DNA of 64,000 nt from an uncultured Bacilli bacterium (GTDB taxonomy: Bacteria; Bacillota_I; Bacilli_A; RF39; UBA660). Positions 29,538 through 40,365 of the stretch are shown here, in pieces. Position numbers and translations under genes: made by a program. The stretch covers positions 18,505 through 82,504 of the forward strand of contig CAKOSZ010000002.1 of the NCBI GenBank assembly GCA_934119955.1, in the 5' to 3' direction. Every line of letters begins with the position of its first letter. Position 1 is the stretch's first letter. The notes beneath the pieces were generated by a model. The model was not told the origin of the DNA. It made no database searches and saw nothing but the letters and a program-made list of their open reading frames with translations.

Positions 29538-30311
29538 ATGAAAATATTTAAAAAATTATATAACTATCGAGAATTTTTAAAAACATCTATAAAAAAAGAA
29601 TTTCGTGGTAAATACAAGAAATCTTTTTTAGGCGTTTTATGGAGCTTTTTAAATCCTTTATTTCAACTACTTATTTATGCTTTAGTATTTCCTTTTCTTT
29701 TAAAAAATAATGTTAGCAATTATACAATTTTTTTAATAGTTGCTCTTTTTCCGTGGAACTTTTTTAATTTAACAGTTATTCAAAGTGCTGCTTGTATTGT
29801 TGCTAATGGAGGAATTATTAAAAAGGTATATTTTCCACGTGAAATACTTCCAATTTCAACAGCTACTAGTAATTTAATTAACTTTCTAATTTCTAGTTTG
29901 ATAGTTTTTTCAGCTTTATTTATAAGTGGAATAGGTTTGACAAAAGCAGTTCTTGTTTTACCTCTCATTATTTTAATTCAGTATATATTACAACTTGGTT
30001 TATCTTTTATTTTATCAGCCATTACCGTTTATGTTCGTGATGTTGAATATTTAATTAATGTAATTATGATGCTAGCATTTTATCTAAGTCCAATTGTATA
30101 TTCAACTGATATGATACCTAGTAAATATTTGCCGTTTTTTAAATTAAACCCTATGTTTCATATAATAGGTTATTACCGAGATATTTTGTATTATGGTAAA
30201 ATTCCTGAAATGGGATCTGTTTTAATGCTGTTGTTTGCTTGTATTATAATATTAATGGTAGGATATTTAATATTCAGAAAATTTGAAAAAAGATTTGCTG
30301 AGGAATTATAG
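29538..30311 (+). CDS. ABC-2 type polysaccharide export permease (TagG/RgpC/Wzm-like).
   Basis: Six hydrophobic helices, ABC-2 family size, and adjacency to the ATPase. Confidence 0.8.
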   Translation: MKIFKKLYNYREFLKTSIKKEFRGKYKKSFLGVLWSFLNPLFQLLIYALVFPFLLKNNVSNYTIFLIVALFPWNFFNLTVIQSAACIVANGGIIKKVYFPREILPISTATSNLINFLISSLIVFSALFISGIGLTKAVLVLPLIILIQYILQLGLSFILSAITVYVRDVEYLINVIMMLAFYLSPIVYSTDMIPSKYLPFFKLNPMFHIIGYYRDILYYGKIPEMGSVLMLLFACIIILMVGYLIFRKFEKRFAEEL

Positions 30312-30326
30312 ATTGGAGAAATTAAA

Positions 30327-32327
30327 ATGGAAAAATGCGATGTAATTATACCGGTTTATAAATCACCGGAATGGGTAAAACTTTGTGTATATGCACTTTT
30401 TAAAAACACTCCTAATGATATTTTGGGTAATGTATATTTAATAAATGATTGTAATGATAATTTAACAATTAATTTATTAAATAATTTAAAAGAGAAATAT
30501 TCGAAGGTTATAGTAATGCAAAACGATAGTAATTTAGGATTTATTAAAACAACTAATCGTGGCTTAAAAGAATCAACTGCTGAATATGTTTTACTTTTAA
30601 ATACAGATTGTATCATATCCAATAATACAATTTCAAAATTAATCAAAAATATAAAAACAGATAAAAATATTGGATTAATATGTCCAATTTCTAATAATGC
30701 TGCTAATTTATCTTTACCAATATTTGAAGGATTTACTTATATGCAAATGAATAATTTATTAGAAAAAAAATTTGAAGGAAAAATGTTTGATGCATGTACA
30801 ATTGTTGGTAATTGTTTAATGATAACAAGAGAGTGTTTAAATAAAGTAGGGTATTTAGATGAAGTTTATGGAATGGGATATGGTGAGGAAACTGATTATC
30901 AATTTAAGGCAATGGAAAAAGGCTTTAAAGCAAAAGTTGCAATTGATACTTATGTTTTTCATAAAGCAGAAGTATCTTTTGGAAATAGTAAGGAAAAACA
31001 AGAACGTTTAAATAAAAATCGAGATTTGTTTTTTAAACGCTACGGTAAACAATATTATGAGTTATTATCTAAATATAAAAAAAATGATCCATTAAAATAC
31101 ATTGAAAACAATTTAACTGATGAAGATAAAAAGAACGAATTTAATTTTTTGGTTTATCTAATAGGATTATCTCAAAATGCTGGTGGTGTTCATATGTCGG
31201 TTGATATGATTAATTATTTAGTTATAAATAATATTGATTGTAATTTGGTATATGGTTTTTCAAAAGGCTATAATGAAATAATGTTGTTTAAACCGATTTT
31301 AATAAAAAAATTAGATAAATATAAATTTAAATTAATAGTTTCAACTTTATATCTTACAACGTTTTTAGGTAAAAAAATAGCAGATGAACATAATGTTCCA
31401 CTTGTTTATTTTGCACAAGGATATGAGCCATATTTTGAAAATGGAACTAACTATGCAATTACTGAATTAAGTTATAAATTAGCAGATAAAATCTTAACCA
31501 TTTCTGATTATTTAAGTTATAGATATAAAGATATGTTTGATCAAACAGCAACAGTTATATCAAATGGAATTAATTATGATTTATTACATAGAAAAAATAC
31601 TAATCAAAAACCAAGAGTTATAACTATTTTTCTAAGAAATGATTTTTTAAAAGGAGATTTTATCTTGCTAGATATAGTAAAAAAAATAACTAAAAAATAT
31701 AAAGATTTAGAAATTAATATTATGTATGCTAATAAAGCCATTAAATTTCCTTTTAATGATAACAAAAGTATTAAAATTAACAAATATTTAGCTCCATTAA
31801 CAAGAAAAGAAATATCAAATATTTTTCAACAATCAGATATTTTTATTGACTGCTCTTTAACAGAGGGATTTGGACTAATGGCACTTGAAGCTATTACAGC
31901 TGGAAATGTTGCTATTGTTTCAAATTCAGGTGGTATAAATGAGTATATGAATGATGGAGTTAATGGTTTCATTGTAAATGATGTTAATAATGTAGATTCG
32001 TACATTGAAGCATTAGATAAATTGTTAAATGATGAAGAGCTTTATAGAAAAATTAAAAATAATTCTTTGAAAACTATTGTTGAATTTGATTATGATTATG
32101 TAGTAGAAAAATATATTGAATTTTTTAATACGAAATTCATAAAACAAGAAATAAAATTAAATAAAGAAGAACAAGAATTGTATGAATATGTTATAAATAA
32201 AATATTTAAAAATAACGGTACAAATTCATTGAAATCGGTTGCTCATAAAGTTTTAAGAAAACTTCCAGAAGGTGTAAAAAATAAAATTAAACATGTAATT
32301 GAAAAATTATATAATTTTGCAAATTAA
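30327..32327 (+). CDS. Bifunctional glycosyltransferase with an N-terminal GT2 (GT-A) domain and a C-terminal GT4 (GT-B) domain.
   Basis: DVIIPVYKS...LINDCNDN (GT2) at the N-terminus; EGFGLMALEAITAGNVAIVSNSGGINEYMNDGVNGFIV (GT4 E-x7-E region) at the C-terminus. Confidence 0.75.
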   Translation: MEKCDVIIPVYKSPEWVKLCVYALFKNTPNDILGNVYLINDCNDNLTINLLNNLKEKYSKVIVMQNDSNLGFIKTTNRGLKESTAEYVLLLNTDCIISNNTISKLIKNIKTDKNIGLICPISNNAANLSLPIFEGFTYMQMNNLLEKKFEGKMFDACTIVGNCLMITRECLNKVGYLDEVYGMGYGEETDYQFKAMEKGFKAKVAIDTYVFHKAEVSFGNSKEKQERLNKNRDLFFKRYGKQYYELLSKYKKNDPLKYIENNLTDEDKKNEFNFLVYLIGLSQNAGGVHMSVDMINYLVINNIDCNLVYGFSKGYNEIMLFKPILIKKLDKYKFKLIVSTLYLTTFLGKKIADEHNVPLVYFAQGYEPYFENGTNYAITELSYKLADKILTISDYLSYRYKDMFDQTATVISNGINYDLLHRKNTNQKPRVITIFLRNDFLKGDFILLDIVKKITKKYKDLEINIMYANKAIKFPFNDNKSIKINKYLAPLTRKEISNIFQQSDIFIDCSLTEGFGLMALEAITAGNVAIVSNSGGINEYMNDGVNGFIVNDVNNVDSYIEALDKLLNDEELYRKIKNNSLKTIVEFDYDYVVEKYIEFFNTKFIKQEIKLNKEEQELYEYVINKIFKNNGTNSLKSVAHKVLRKLPEGVKNKIKHVIEKLYNFAN

Positions 32328-32363
32328 ATTATCTCATACAGTATATTCAAGAAAGGTGGAGTT

Positions 32364-33494
32364 ATGAAACATGTGTTTATAATAGGAAGCAGAGGTTATC
32401 ATGCCAAATATGGGGGATGGGAAACATTTGTTTCTAAACTAGTAGATAATTATAATGATAAAGATACAATATTTTATATAAGTTCTTTAAGTGATACTTT
32501 ATCATATGAATACAAGGTTAATGATAATATAATTGTTAAACCAATTTATGTTAAAGAACATATGGGTAGAATGTTATTTTGTACGATTAAAGCCTTAAAT
32601 TATTATTTAAAATATATAGAAAAACATGATATTAAAAATGCTTATATCTATATTTTAGGACTTAAATTAGGACCAGTTTTAAAAGTTAAGAAAAATAAAA
32701 TTAAAAGACTAGGAATAACTACCATAATTAATCCCGATGGCTTGGAATATAAAAGAAGTAAATGGGGTCCTCTTGTTAAAAAGTTCTTTCTTTTAAGTGA
32801 AAAATGGATGTTAAATAGTTGTGATTTAATTGTATGCGATGCTTTAGGTATTCAAAAGTATATTAACTTGAAATATCCTAAACTTAAAAATAAAACTACT
32901 TATATTGCTTATGGAACTGATAAAATAAATTTAAATAATGTTGATACTAAAAGCATATTAAAAGAATATAACTTAGATATGAATAACTATTTATTAATAA
33001 TAGGAAGATTTGTACCAGAAAATAACTATGAATTAATTATTAAAAGTTATATGAAATCAACTACTAAAAAAGAATTAATTATTATATCTAATATTTCTAT
33101 GACCAATTACTATAATACCTTAGTAAAAAATACTAATTGTTTAAGTGATAAAAGAATTCATTTTATTGATGGAGTCTATGATGAAATTAAGTTATCAGTT
33201 ATTAGAAAAAATGCTTATGCTTATATTCATGGTCATTCGGTAGGAGGAACTAATCCATCACTTTTAGAAGCATTAAGTTTAACAGATTTAAATATTTTAT
33301 ATGATGTTGAGTTCAATAAAGATGTAGGACATGATGCTTGTTTGTATTTTAAAAATGAAGATGATTTAGTAAAAATACTTGATAATCTAGAAACATTTGA
33401 TAAAGAAAAAATGGGTGCTTCTTGTAAAGAAATAATTAAAAATAATTTTACTTGGAATATAATTGTTAAAAGATATAAAAAGATATTTAAGTGA
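32364..33494 (+). CDS. GT4 glycosyltransferase with a DUF1972-type N-terminus (WchF/RgpA-like rhamnosyltransferase).
   Basis: MKHVFIIGSRGYHAKYGGWETFVSKLV closely resembles the WchF/RgpA N-terminus. Confidence 0.65.
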   Translation: MKHVFIIGSRGYHAKYGGWETFVSKLVDNYNDKDTIFYISSLSDTLSYEYKVNDNIIVKPIYVKEHMGRMLFCTIKALNYYLKYIEKHDIKNAYIYILGLKLGPVLKVKKNKIKRLGITTIINPDGLEYKRSKWGPLVKKFFLLSEKWMLNSCDLIVCDALGIQKYINLKYPKLKNKTTYIAYGTDKINLNNVDTKSILKEYNLDMNNYLLIIGRFVPENNYELIIKSYMKSTTKKELIIISNISMTNYYNTLVKNTNCLSDKRIHFIDGVYDEIKLSVIRKNAYAYIHGHSVGGTNPSLLEALSLTDLNILYDVEFNKDVGHDACLYFKNEDDLVKILDNLETFDKEKMGASCKEIIKNNFTWNIIVKRYKKIFK

Positions 33495-33500
33495 GGTAAT

Positions 33501-35297
33501 ATGAAAAAATTAAAAAATAAATTTTCTAAACTATTTTATTTAATTAAAAAATCAATTTATTTTGCTTGGCATAGACATCACTTCTTAATACCTCCAAGTG
33601 CAATGAAAAAATATATAAATTCTTTTTTTAGAATATTAAGACGAGGTGGAACGGCTTCTAATTTAATTGATAACAAAAAAGCATATAATGAATGGTTAGA
33701 TAAAAATAATAATTTTGATTTAATACCAAATTTTAAATATAATCCTTTAATATCAGTTATTATTCCAGTTTATAATGTTAAACCAGATTATTTAAGATGT
33801 TCTATTGAAAGTGTTTTAAACCAATCTTATCAAAACTTTGAAATAATTATTGTAGATGATGCATCAACTAATCTTGAAACTAAAAATTGTTTAAAAGAAT
33901 ATGAAAATAAGAAAAATATAAAAATAAAATATCGTAGTAATAATGGAATGATTTCTGTTTGTAGTAATGATGGGTTAAAACTTGCTAAAGGAGAATTTAT
34001 CGTTTTACTTGATAATGATGATATGTTAGATAAAAATAGTTTATATTATGTAGTTGAAGCTTTAAATAATAATCCAAAATTAGATTTTATTTATACAGAT
34101 GAAGATAAAATGGATATAAATGGTAATTTCTTTGAACCACATTTTAAACCAGATTTTTCACCTGATACTTTTTATGCTATGAATTATATTTGTCATATGG
34201 CATGTATTAGAAAAAGTTTAATTGATAAAGTTTTGGGTTTTAGAAAAGAATATGATGGGGCTCAGGATTATGATTTATTTTTAAGAATATTAGATATAAC
34301 TGATAATATTTATCATATACCAAGAATTTTATATCATTGGAGAGAAATTCCAACTTCAACTAGTTTTGCTCTTGGTAATAAATCTTATGCTTATCTTGCT
34401 GGTAAAAAAGCTCTTATTGATGAATTTAAAAGAAAAAATATTGAGGTAGAAATACTAGATAATAAAACAAGTAGTACTTATTTAGTAAAATACAAACATG
34501 ATAATCCCTTAGTTAGTATTATTATTCCTATGAAAGATAAAGTAAATATTACTAGAACTTGTATTGACTCATTACTTAATAAAAATACTTATCAAAACTT
34601 CGAAATAATAATAGTTGATAATAATAGCAAAGAAGAAGAAACATTTTTATATTTTGAAGAATTGAAAAAATATAAAAATATAAAAATATTAGAAGTAAAA
34701 GAAGAATTCAACTATTCAAGATTAAATAACTTAGCAGTTAAAAAAGCAAGGGGTGAATACATTTTACTTTTAAATAATGATACTGAGGTAAAAAGTCCAG
34801 ATTTTCTTGATTGGATGGTAGGGTATGCTAGTCAAGATCATATTGCTTGTGTTGGTTTGAAACTTTTATATAAAGATTTAAAAGTTCAACATGCTGGGGT
34901 TGTTCTTGGCTATGGAGGTGTTGCAGGGCACGTTTTTGTAACATCTAGTAACAAAGATATTGGAATATTTAATCGTCTTTCTATGCCTTATGATTATTCA
35001 GCCGTAACTGCCGCTTGCCTTATGATTAAAAAGGAAAAATATCTTGAAATAGGTGGCTTTGATGAAAAATTAAAAGTTGCTTTAAATGATGTTGATTTAA
35101 ACTTAAAAGCCCTTAGTGAAGGTTATTATAATGTTTGCTTGAATAACGTAGAAATGTTTCATTATGAATCAAAATCAAGGGGATATGAAACAACTAAAAA
35201 TGAAAACGTGAGGCTTAAAACTGAACAAGATTATATGTTAAAAAAATGGGGTAAAAAACTAGAAAAAGATAAGTTTTTTAGTTCTAATTATTTTTAG
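33501..35297 (+). CDS. Tandem-GT2 glycosyltransferase (RgpF/WbbL-like rhamnan-elongating enzyme).
   Basis: Two GT-A domains (ISVIIPVYNV...FEIIIVDDAS and VSIIIPMKDK...FEIIIVDNNS) with DxD motifs. Confidence 0.7.
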   Translation: MKKLKNKFSKLFYLIKKSIYFAWHRHHFLIPPSAMKKYINSFFRILRRGGTASNLIDNKKAYNEWLDKNNNFDLIPNFKYNPLISVIIPVYNVKPDYLRCSIESVLNQSYQNFEIIIVDDASTNLETKNCLKEYENKKNIKIKYRSNNGMISVCSNDGLKLAKGEFIVLLDNDDMLDKNSLYYVVEALNNNPKLDFIYTDEDKMDINGNFFEPHFKPDFSPDTFYAMNYICHMACIRKSLIDKVLGFRKEYDGAQDYDLFLRILDITDNIYHIPRILYHWREIPTSTSFALGNKSYAYLAGKKALIDEFKRKNIEVEILDNKTSSTYLVKYKHDNPLVSIIIPMKDKVNITRTCIDSLLNKNTYQNFEIIIVDNNSKEEETFLYFEELKKYKNIKILEVKEEFNYSRLNNLAVKKARGEYILLLNNDTEVKSPDFLDWMVGYASQDHIACVGLKLLYKDLKVQHAGVVLGYGGVAGHVFVTSSNKDIGIFNRLSMPYDYSAVTAACLMIKKEKYLEIGGFDEKLKVALNDVDLNLKALSEGYYNVCLNNVEMFHYESKSRGYETTKNENVRLKTEQDYMLKKWGKKLEKDKFFSSNYF

Positions 35298-35348
35298 TTG
35301 AAAATAAGTGAAAAATAAATTATAATTAAGAAGTAAGTAGGTGATTAT

Positions 35349-37109
35349 ATGAATGATATTCTTTTAGAGGATATAGATGATGAAGAAGTTAAAGATAAAA
35401 AGAATATCAAGAACGATATGAAGAATAAAAAGAATAAAAAGAAAAAAGTTAAAAAATTAAATATATATTTATTTATAATATCAATAATATTAATACTAAT
35501 GATATTTTTAACAACTTATTTAATTATTAAATATGATATTTTACCATTTAAATATTTAGTAATATTTATTATAGTAGTAATTGTTATACCTTTTGTTTTA
35601 ATATTTTTAACTTTAAAAAAGAAAAAGAAAAAAGGAAATAAATTAAAAGTATTTTTATCAATTATAGAAATTATTTATATATTAATTCTTAGTTTTGGTT
35701 TTTATTATTTAAATAAAACATTTAATTTTCTTGATGATTTTACTAGTAATAACAAGTATCAAATTAAAAACTTTTATGTAGTTGCTTTAAATAAAAGTGA
35801 TTATAAAGAAATTAAAGATTTGGATACAGAAAAAATAGGATTTGTTAATAATTTAAATAGTAGTATTGATAGTGCTAATAAAAAACTTTCGGAAGTAATT
35901 AAAGTAGATTTAGTTGAATATGATGATTATACTACTTTAATTAACAGTTTAGATAAAAAAGAAATAGAAGGATTTGTAATAGGAGATTCTTACTTTGATA
36001 GTCTAGTTGAAGAAGATGAAGAATTAAAAGAAAAATTAAAAGTTATTTATAAATTTTCTTTAAAAGAAAAATTAGAAAGTTTTAAAAAGGAAGTTAATTT
36101 ACAAAAAGATACTTTTAATATTTATATATCTGGAATTGATTCTTATGGTGATGTTAATAGTTTAACTAGAAGTGATGTTAATATTATAGTTAGTGTTAAT
36201 CCTAAAACTCATCAAATATTAATGATTAATATTCCAAGAGATTATTATGTTACTTTACATGGAACAGGTAAAAAAGATAAATTAACTCATGCCGGTATTT
36301 ATGGACTTGATATGAGTGTTAAAACCTTAGAAGATTTACTTGATATTGAAATAAATTATTATTTCAAAGTAAACTATGGAGCTCTTGTAAAACTTGTTGA
36401 TGCCTTAGGTGGAGTGGATGTTTATTCTAAGTATAATTTTACAACAGTTGGAACTGATAAAAGTTATTATTTTAAAAAAGGACTTAACAGAGTAAACGGA
36501 GAGAAAGCTTTATATTTTGTTCGTACAAGAGAAGCATTTAATGATGGTGATAGAGTAAGAGGAGAAAACCAACAAGCCATGATTCAAGCAATTATTAAGA
36601 AAGCTTGTTCAAAAGATATTTTATTTAAATATTCTAATATTTTAGACTCTTTAAAAGGGACCTTTACAACAAATTTTTCAACTGATGAAATAACTGATGT
36701 TATTAATATGCAACTTGATAAAATGCCAAGTTGGAATATAACTTCTATTAGTTTAAATGGATTTGATGCTAGTGAATATACATATAGTTACCCAGGTCAA
36801 AAGTTATATGTAATGAAGCCAAATGAAGAAACTATTAATAATGCCAAAGAAACTTTAAATAAAGTTAAAAATGGTGATATTTTAGATAGTTCCTACAATT
36901 ATACTAGTTCGACCGTTAATGAAGTTAATATAATTACACCTAAAAAAGAAGAACCAAAGAAAGAAACAAAAACTGAAACTGATACTAAATCAGGAACTAC
37001 TGAAAAAACTGATATTAGTGAAAAAACAGATGTTAGTGAAAAAAATGAAAATACTGTTCAAAATGATAAAAAGATAGTAGAAGAAGAAACAAAAAATAAT
37101 AATGAATAA
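35349..37109 (+). CDS. LytR-CpsA-Psr (LCP) family phosphotransferase that attaches glycopolymers to peptidoglycan.
   Basis: N-terminal TM helices; LCP core (NIYISGIDSYGD...SDVNIIVSVNPKTHQILMINIPRDYYV...NYGALVKLVDALGGVDV); Glu/Thr/Lys-rich C-terminal tail. Confidence 0.85.
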   Translation: MNDILLEDIDDEEVKDKKNIKNDMKNKKNKKKKVKKLNIYLFIISIILILMIFLTTYLIIKYDILPFKYLVIFIIVVIVIPFVLIFLTLKKKKKKGNKLKVFLSIIEIIYILILSFGFYYLNKTFNFLDDFTSNNKYQIKNFYVVALNKSDYKEIKDLDTEKIGFVNNLNSSIDSANKKLSEVIKVDLVEYDDYTTLINSLDKKEIEGFVIGDSYFDSLVEEDEELKEKLKVIYKFSLKEKLESFKKEVNLQKDTFNIYISGIDSYGDVNSLTRSDVNIIVSVNPKTHQILMINIPRDYYVTLHGTGKKDKLTHAGIYGLDMSVKTLEDLLDIEINYYFKVNYGALVKLVDALGGVDVYSKYNFTTVGTDKSYYFKKGLNRVNGEKALYFVRTREAFNDGDRVRGENQQAMIQAIIKKACSKDILFKYSNILDSLKGTFTTNFSTDEITDVINMQLDKMPSWNITSISLNGFDASEYTYSYPGQKLYVMKPNEETINNAKETLNKVKNGDILDSSYNYTSSTVNEVNIITPKKEEPKKETKTETDTKSGTTEKTDISEKTDVSEKNENTVQNDKKIVEEETKNNNE

Positions 37110-37261
37110 ACTTAGAATTAGAAATAATTTTAAGTTTTTTTTAGTGAATTTGCTTATTTTGTCAAGAAATACTAATTTTTATGGACTATAATTAAAAAAA
37201 ATGATATACTTTAATAGAAAAAGCTTATTAACAATAATAATTTGTAGTTGAGGTGATCATA

Positions 37262-39145
37262 GTGAAAAAAGTATTTAGAAAAAATCGTGGTTTATTAATT
37301 TTTATATTAGATATTTTAGTAATAATTTTAGGTTATATTTTATCAATTGCTTTTTTAAATCAGACAGGTGAATTAGATTTGATTCTTTTATTAAAAGGAA
37401 CAGCAATTAATTTATTAGTTTATCAGGCATTTTTAAATATTTTTGGATTATATCAAAATATGATTGAATATGAAGTAGGAAAAGATTATATTAAATATAT
37501 ATTTGTATCAGTTATTTCTATAATTTTAATAACAATATTTAGTTTAATCTTTAAGTTAACTTATGTATCTTTTAGAATAAATGTGTTAACGGGTATTTTT
37601 ATATCTGGTATGTTAATTATATATAGATTATTTTTAAGATTTGTATTTAATTCTAATAAAACATTGATAAATAATAAAAAAAATAATATTAGTAAAAATA
37701 ATTTATTGATAATAGGTGCCGGGATGGGAGCCAGAGAAATAATTATTTCCATTTTAAATAATCGAAGTGATAAATATAACATAGTTGGTTTAATTGATGA
37801 TGATAAAAGTAAAATAGGTCATAAAATACTTGGTATTAAAGTACTTGGAACAAGATATGATATACCAAGAATTGCTAAGGAAAATGATATTGATTTAATA
37901 TTTTTTGCGATTAATAAAATAGATCCAATATCAAGAAAAGAAATATTAAATATATGTCAAGAAACAAATGTTAAAACAAGAGTATTACCAACTACTGAAT
38001 CGGTTATTGATAAACAAGGTGCTTTAAATAGTTTAAGAGATGTTGAAATAGAGGATTTACTTGGAAGAGAACCAATTTATTTAGAAAACAAAAATATTAG
38101 AAATATTATTAAAAATAAAGTAGTTTTAGTAACAGGTGGAGGAGGATCAATAGGATCTGAATTATGTCGTCAAATTGCTAAATATAATCCTAAAAAATTA
38201 ATAATTTTTGATATTTATGAAAATAATTTATATGATATTCAAATGGAACTTATTAGTGATTATCCAAAGATGAATATTGAAGCAATTGTTGGAAGTGTTA
38301 GAGATAAAGCGTGCTTAAATAATTTGTTTTCTAAATATAAACCTAATTTAGTATTTCATGCAGCAGCTCATAAACACGTTCCTTTAATGGAAAAAAGTCC
38401 GTTGGAAGCAATTAAAAATAATATCTTTGGTACATATAATGTTGCAAATTGTGCTGATATGTATGGAGTTAGTAAATTTGTTTTAATTTCAACTGATAAG
38501 GCTGTTAATCCAACAAATGTTATGGGAGCATCTAAACGAGTTTGTGAAATGATTGTACAAACAATGGATAAAAAAAGTAAAACAGATTTTGTGGCTGTTC
38601 GGTTTGGAAATGTTTTAGGAAGTAATGGTTCTGTTATACCATTATTTAAAAAACAAATTGCAAAGGGTGGACCAGTAACAGTAACTGACAAAGAAATAAC
38701 AAGATTTTTTATGACAATCCCTGAAGCAGTTCAGCTTATTTTACAGGCTATGACTTATGCTGAAGTAGGAGAAATATTTGTTCTTGATATGGGTAAACCT
38801 GTTAAAATATATGATTTGGCTGTTAGTTTAATTAAATTAATGGGTTATGAACCAAACAAGGATATTCAAATAGAAATAACTGGCTTAAGACCAGGAGAAA
38901 AATTATATGAAGAAATACTTATGGCTGAAGAAGGATTAACAGCAACAAAACATAATAAAATATTTATTTCAAAACCGTTTGATTTTTCCGAAGAAGGATT
39001 AAGAGAAGGCTTAAAAAGACTTAAAAAATTAGAGTATAATGATAAATATAGTAATAAAAAAGTAGTTGAAGTTATGAAAAGTGTTGTCTCTACTTATAAA
39101 GATTACGAAGAGTTCAACAGACAAAGTAAGGAGGAAAAAAAATGA
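37262..39145 (+). CDS. Membrane-associated UDP-sugar 4,6-dehydratase (CapD/PglF/WbpM family). Start is the GTG at 37262 after GAGGTGA; the track uses the GTG at 37253.
   Basis: Four N-terminal TM helices, two Rossmann motifs (LLIIGAGMGAREI and VLVTGGGGSIGSEL), YxxxK. Confidence 0.85.
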   Translation: MKKVFRKNRGLLIFILDILVIILGYILSIAFLNQTGELDLILLLKGTAINLLVYQAFLNIFGLYQNMIEYEVGKDYIKYIFVSVISIILITIFSLIFKLTYVSFRINVLTGIFISGMLIIYRLFLRFVFNSNKTLINNKKNNISKNNLLIIGAGMGAREIIISILNNRSDKYNIVGLIDDDKSKIGHKILGIKVLGTRYDIPRIAKENDIDLIFFAINKIDPISRKEILNICQETNVKTRVLPTTESVIDKQGALNSLRDVEIEDLLGREPIYLENKNIRNIIKNKVVLVTGGGGSIGSELCRQIAKYNPKKLIIFDIYENNLYDIQMELISDYPKMNIEAIVGSVRDKACLNNLFSKYKPNLVFHAAAHKHVPLMEKSPLEAIKNNIFGTYNVANCADMYGVSKFVLISTDKAVNPTNVMGASKRVCEMIVQTMDKKSKTDFVAVRFGNVLGSNGSVIPLFKKQIAKGGPVTVTDKEITRFFMTIPEAVQLILQAMTYAEVGEIFVLDMGKPVKIYDLAVSLIKLMGYEPNKDIQIEITGLRPGEKLYEEILMAEEGLTATKHNKIFISKPFDFSEEGLREGLKRLKKLEYNDKYSNKKVVEVMKSVVSTYKDYEEFNRQSKEEKK

Positions 39146-40365
39146 ATAAAACTTTAATGAACATACCATTTTCTCCACCTGATATAAGTGAAGAAGAAAT
39201 AAATGAGGTTGTCGATACACTAAAATCTGGTTGGATTACAACGGGTCCTAAAACTAAATTATTTGAAAGTGAAATAGCAAAACTATGTGGTACAAAAAAA
39301 GTAGTATGCTTGAATTCGGCAACTGCTGCTTTGGAACTTATTTTAAGAGTCCTTGGAATAGGAGAAGGAGATGAGGTAATAGTTCCAGCATATACTTATA
39401 CAGCCTCAGCAAGCCCAGTATGTCATGTTGGTGCTAAACTTGTTTTAATTGATGTAGATAGAGATACCTTTGAAATGGATTACTCACAGTTAGAAAGTAA
39501 AATTACTCCTAATACAAAAGCAATAATTGCTGTTGATATTGCTGGAATTGTAGCAGATTATGATAAAATATATGAAATAGTAGAAAAAACAAAATCTAAA
39601 TTTACTCCTAAAAATGATATTCAAAAATTATATAATAGAGTTCTTGTTCTTGCTGATGCTGCTCATGCAATAGGCGCATCTAGAAATAATAAAATGGCAG
39701 GTAATATTGCAGATTTTACAAGTTTTTCTTTTCATGCTGTTAAAAATTTAACAACCGGTGAAGGAGGAGCTGCAACTTGGAGAAGTGTTGAAGGACTTGA
39801 TGATGAAGCACTTTATAAAGAATTTCAGTTATTATCACTTCATGGTCAAACAAAAGATGCCTTACATAAAAATCAAATTGGTGCTTGGGAGTATGATATA
39901 GTTGCACCTTTATATAAATGTAATATGACTGATATCATGGCTTCAATTGGCCTTGCTCAATTAAGACGTTATGCAGATTTATTAAATATAAGGCATAATA
40001 TTATAAAAAAATACAATGAAGCCTTTAAAGACTTACCTGTTAAAATATTAAATCATGAAGATAATAACCATAGATCATCAGGACATTTATATTTAGTAAG
40101 AATTGATGGAATTGATGAAAAAACTAGAAATGAAATAATAATTTCTCTTGCTAAAAGAGGAGTATCATCAAATGTTCATTATAAACCACTTCCAATTTTA
40201 ACTGCTTATAAAAAAATGGGATTTGATATTAAAGATTATCCAAATAGTTATTTACAATATCAAAACGAAATAACTTTACCATTATATAGTAAATTAACTA
40301 ATGAAGAAGTAGATTATATAATAGAAAACTTTATCAGTGTTTTAAAGGAATTTAAAATATGTTAG
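39142..40365 (+). CDS. DegT/DnrJ/EryC1/StrS (PglE-like) PLP-dependent sugar aminotransferase.
   Basis: Fold-type I aminotransferase motifs and the PLP-lysine in SFSFHAVKNLTTGEGG. Confidence 0.88.
   Translation: MNKTLMNIPFSPPDISEEEINEVVDTLKSGWITTGPKTKLFESEIAKLCGTKKVVCLNSATAALELILRVLGIGEGDEVIVPAYTYTASASPVCHVGAKLVLIDVDRDTFEMDYSQLESKITPNTKAIIAVDIAGIVADYDKIYEIVEKTKSKFTPKNDIQKLYNRVLVLADAAHAIGASRNNKMAGNIADFTSFSFHAVKNLTTGEGGAATWRSVEGLDDEALYKEFQLLSLHGQTKDALHKNQIGAWEYDIVAPLYKCNMTDIMASIGLAQLRRYADLLNIRHNIIKKYNEAFKDLPVKILNHEDNNHRSSGHLYLVRIDGIDEKTRNEIIISLAKRGVSSNVHYKPLPILTAYKKMGFDIKDYPNSYLQYQNEITLPLYSKLTNEEVDYIIENFISVLKEFKIC

Noticed and set aside
35349-37109. The repetitive C-terminal TETDTKSGTTEKTDISEKTDVSEKNENT tail of the LCP protein as a separate repeat feature.
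   Set aside because: A short low-complexity acidic linker or tail within a single CDS, not an independent repeat element.
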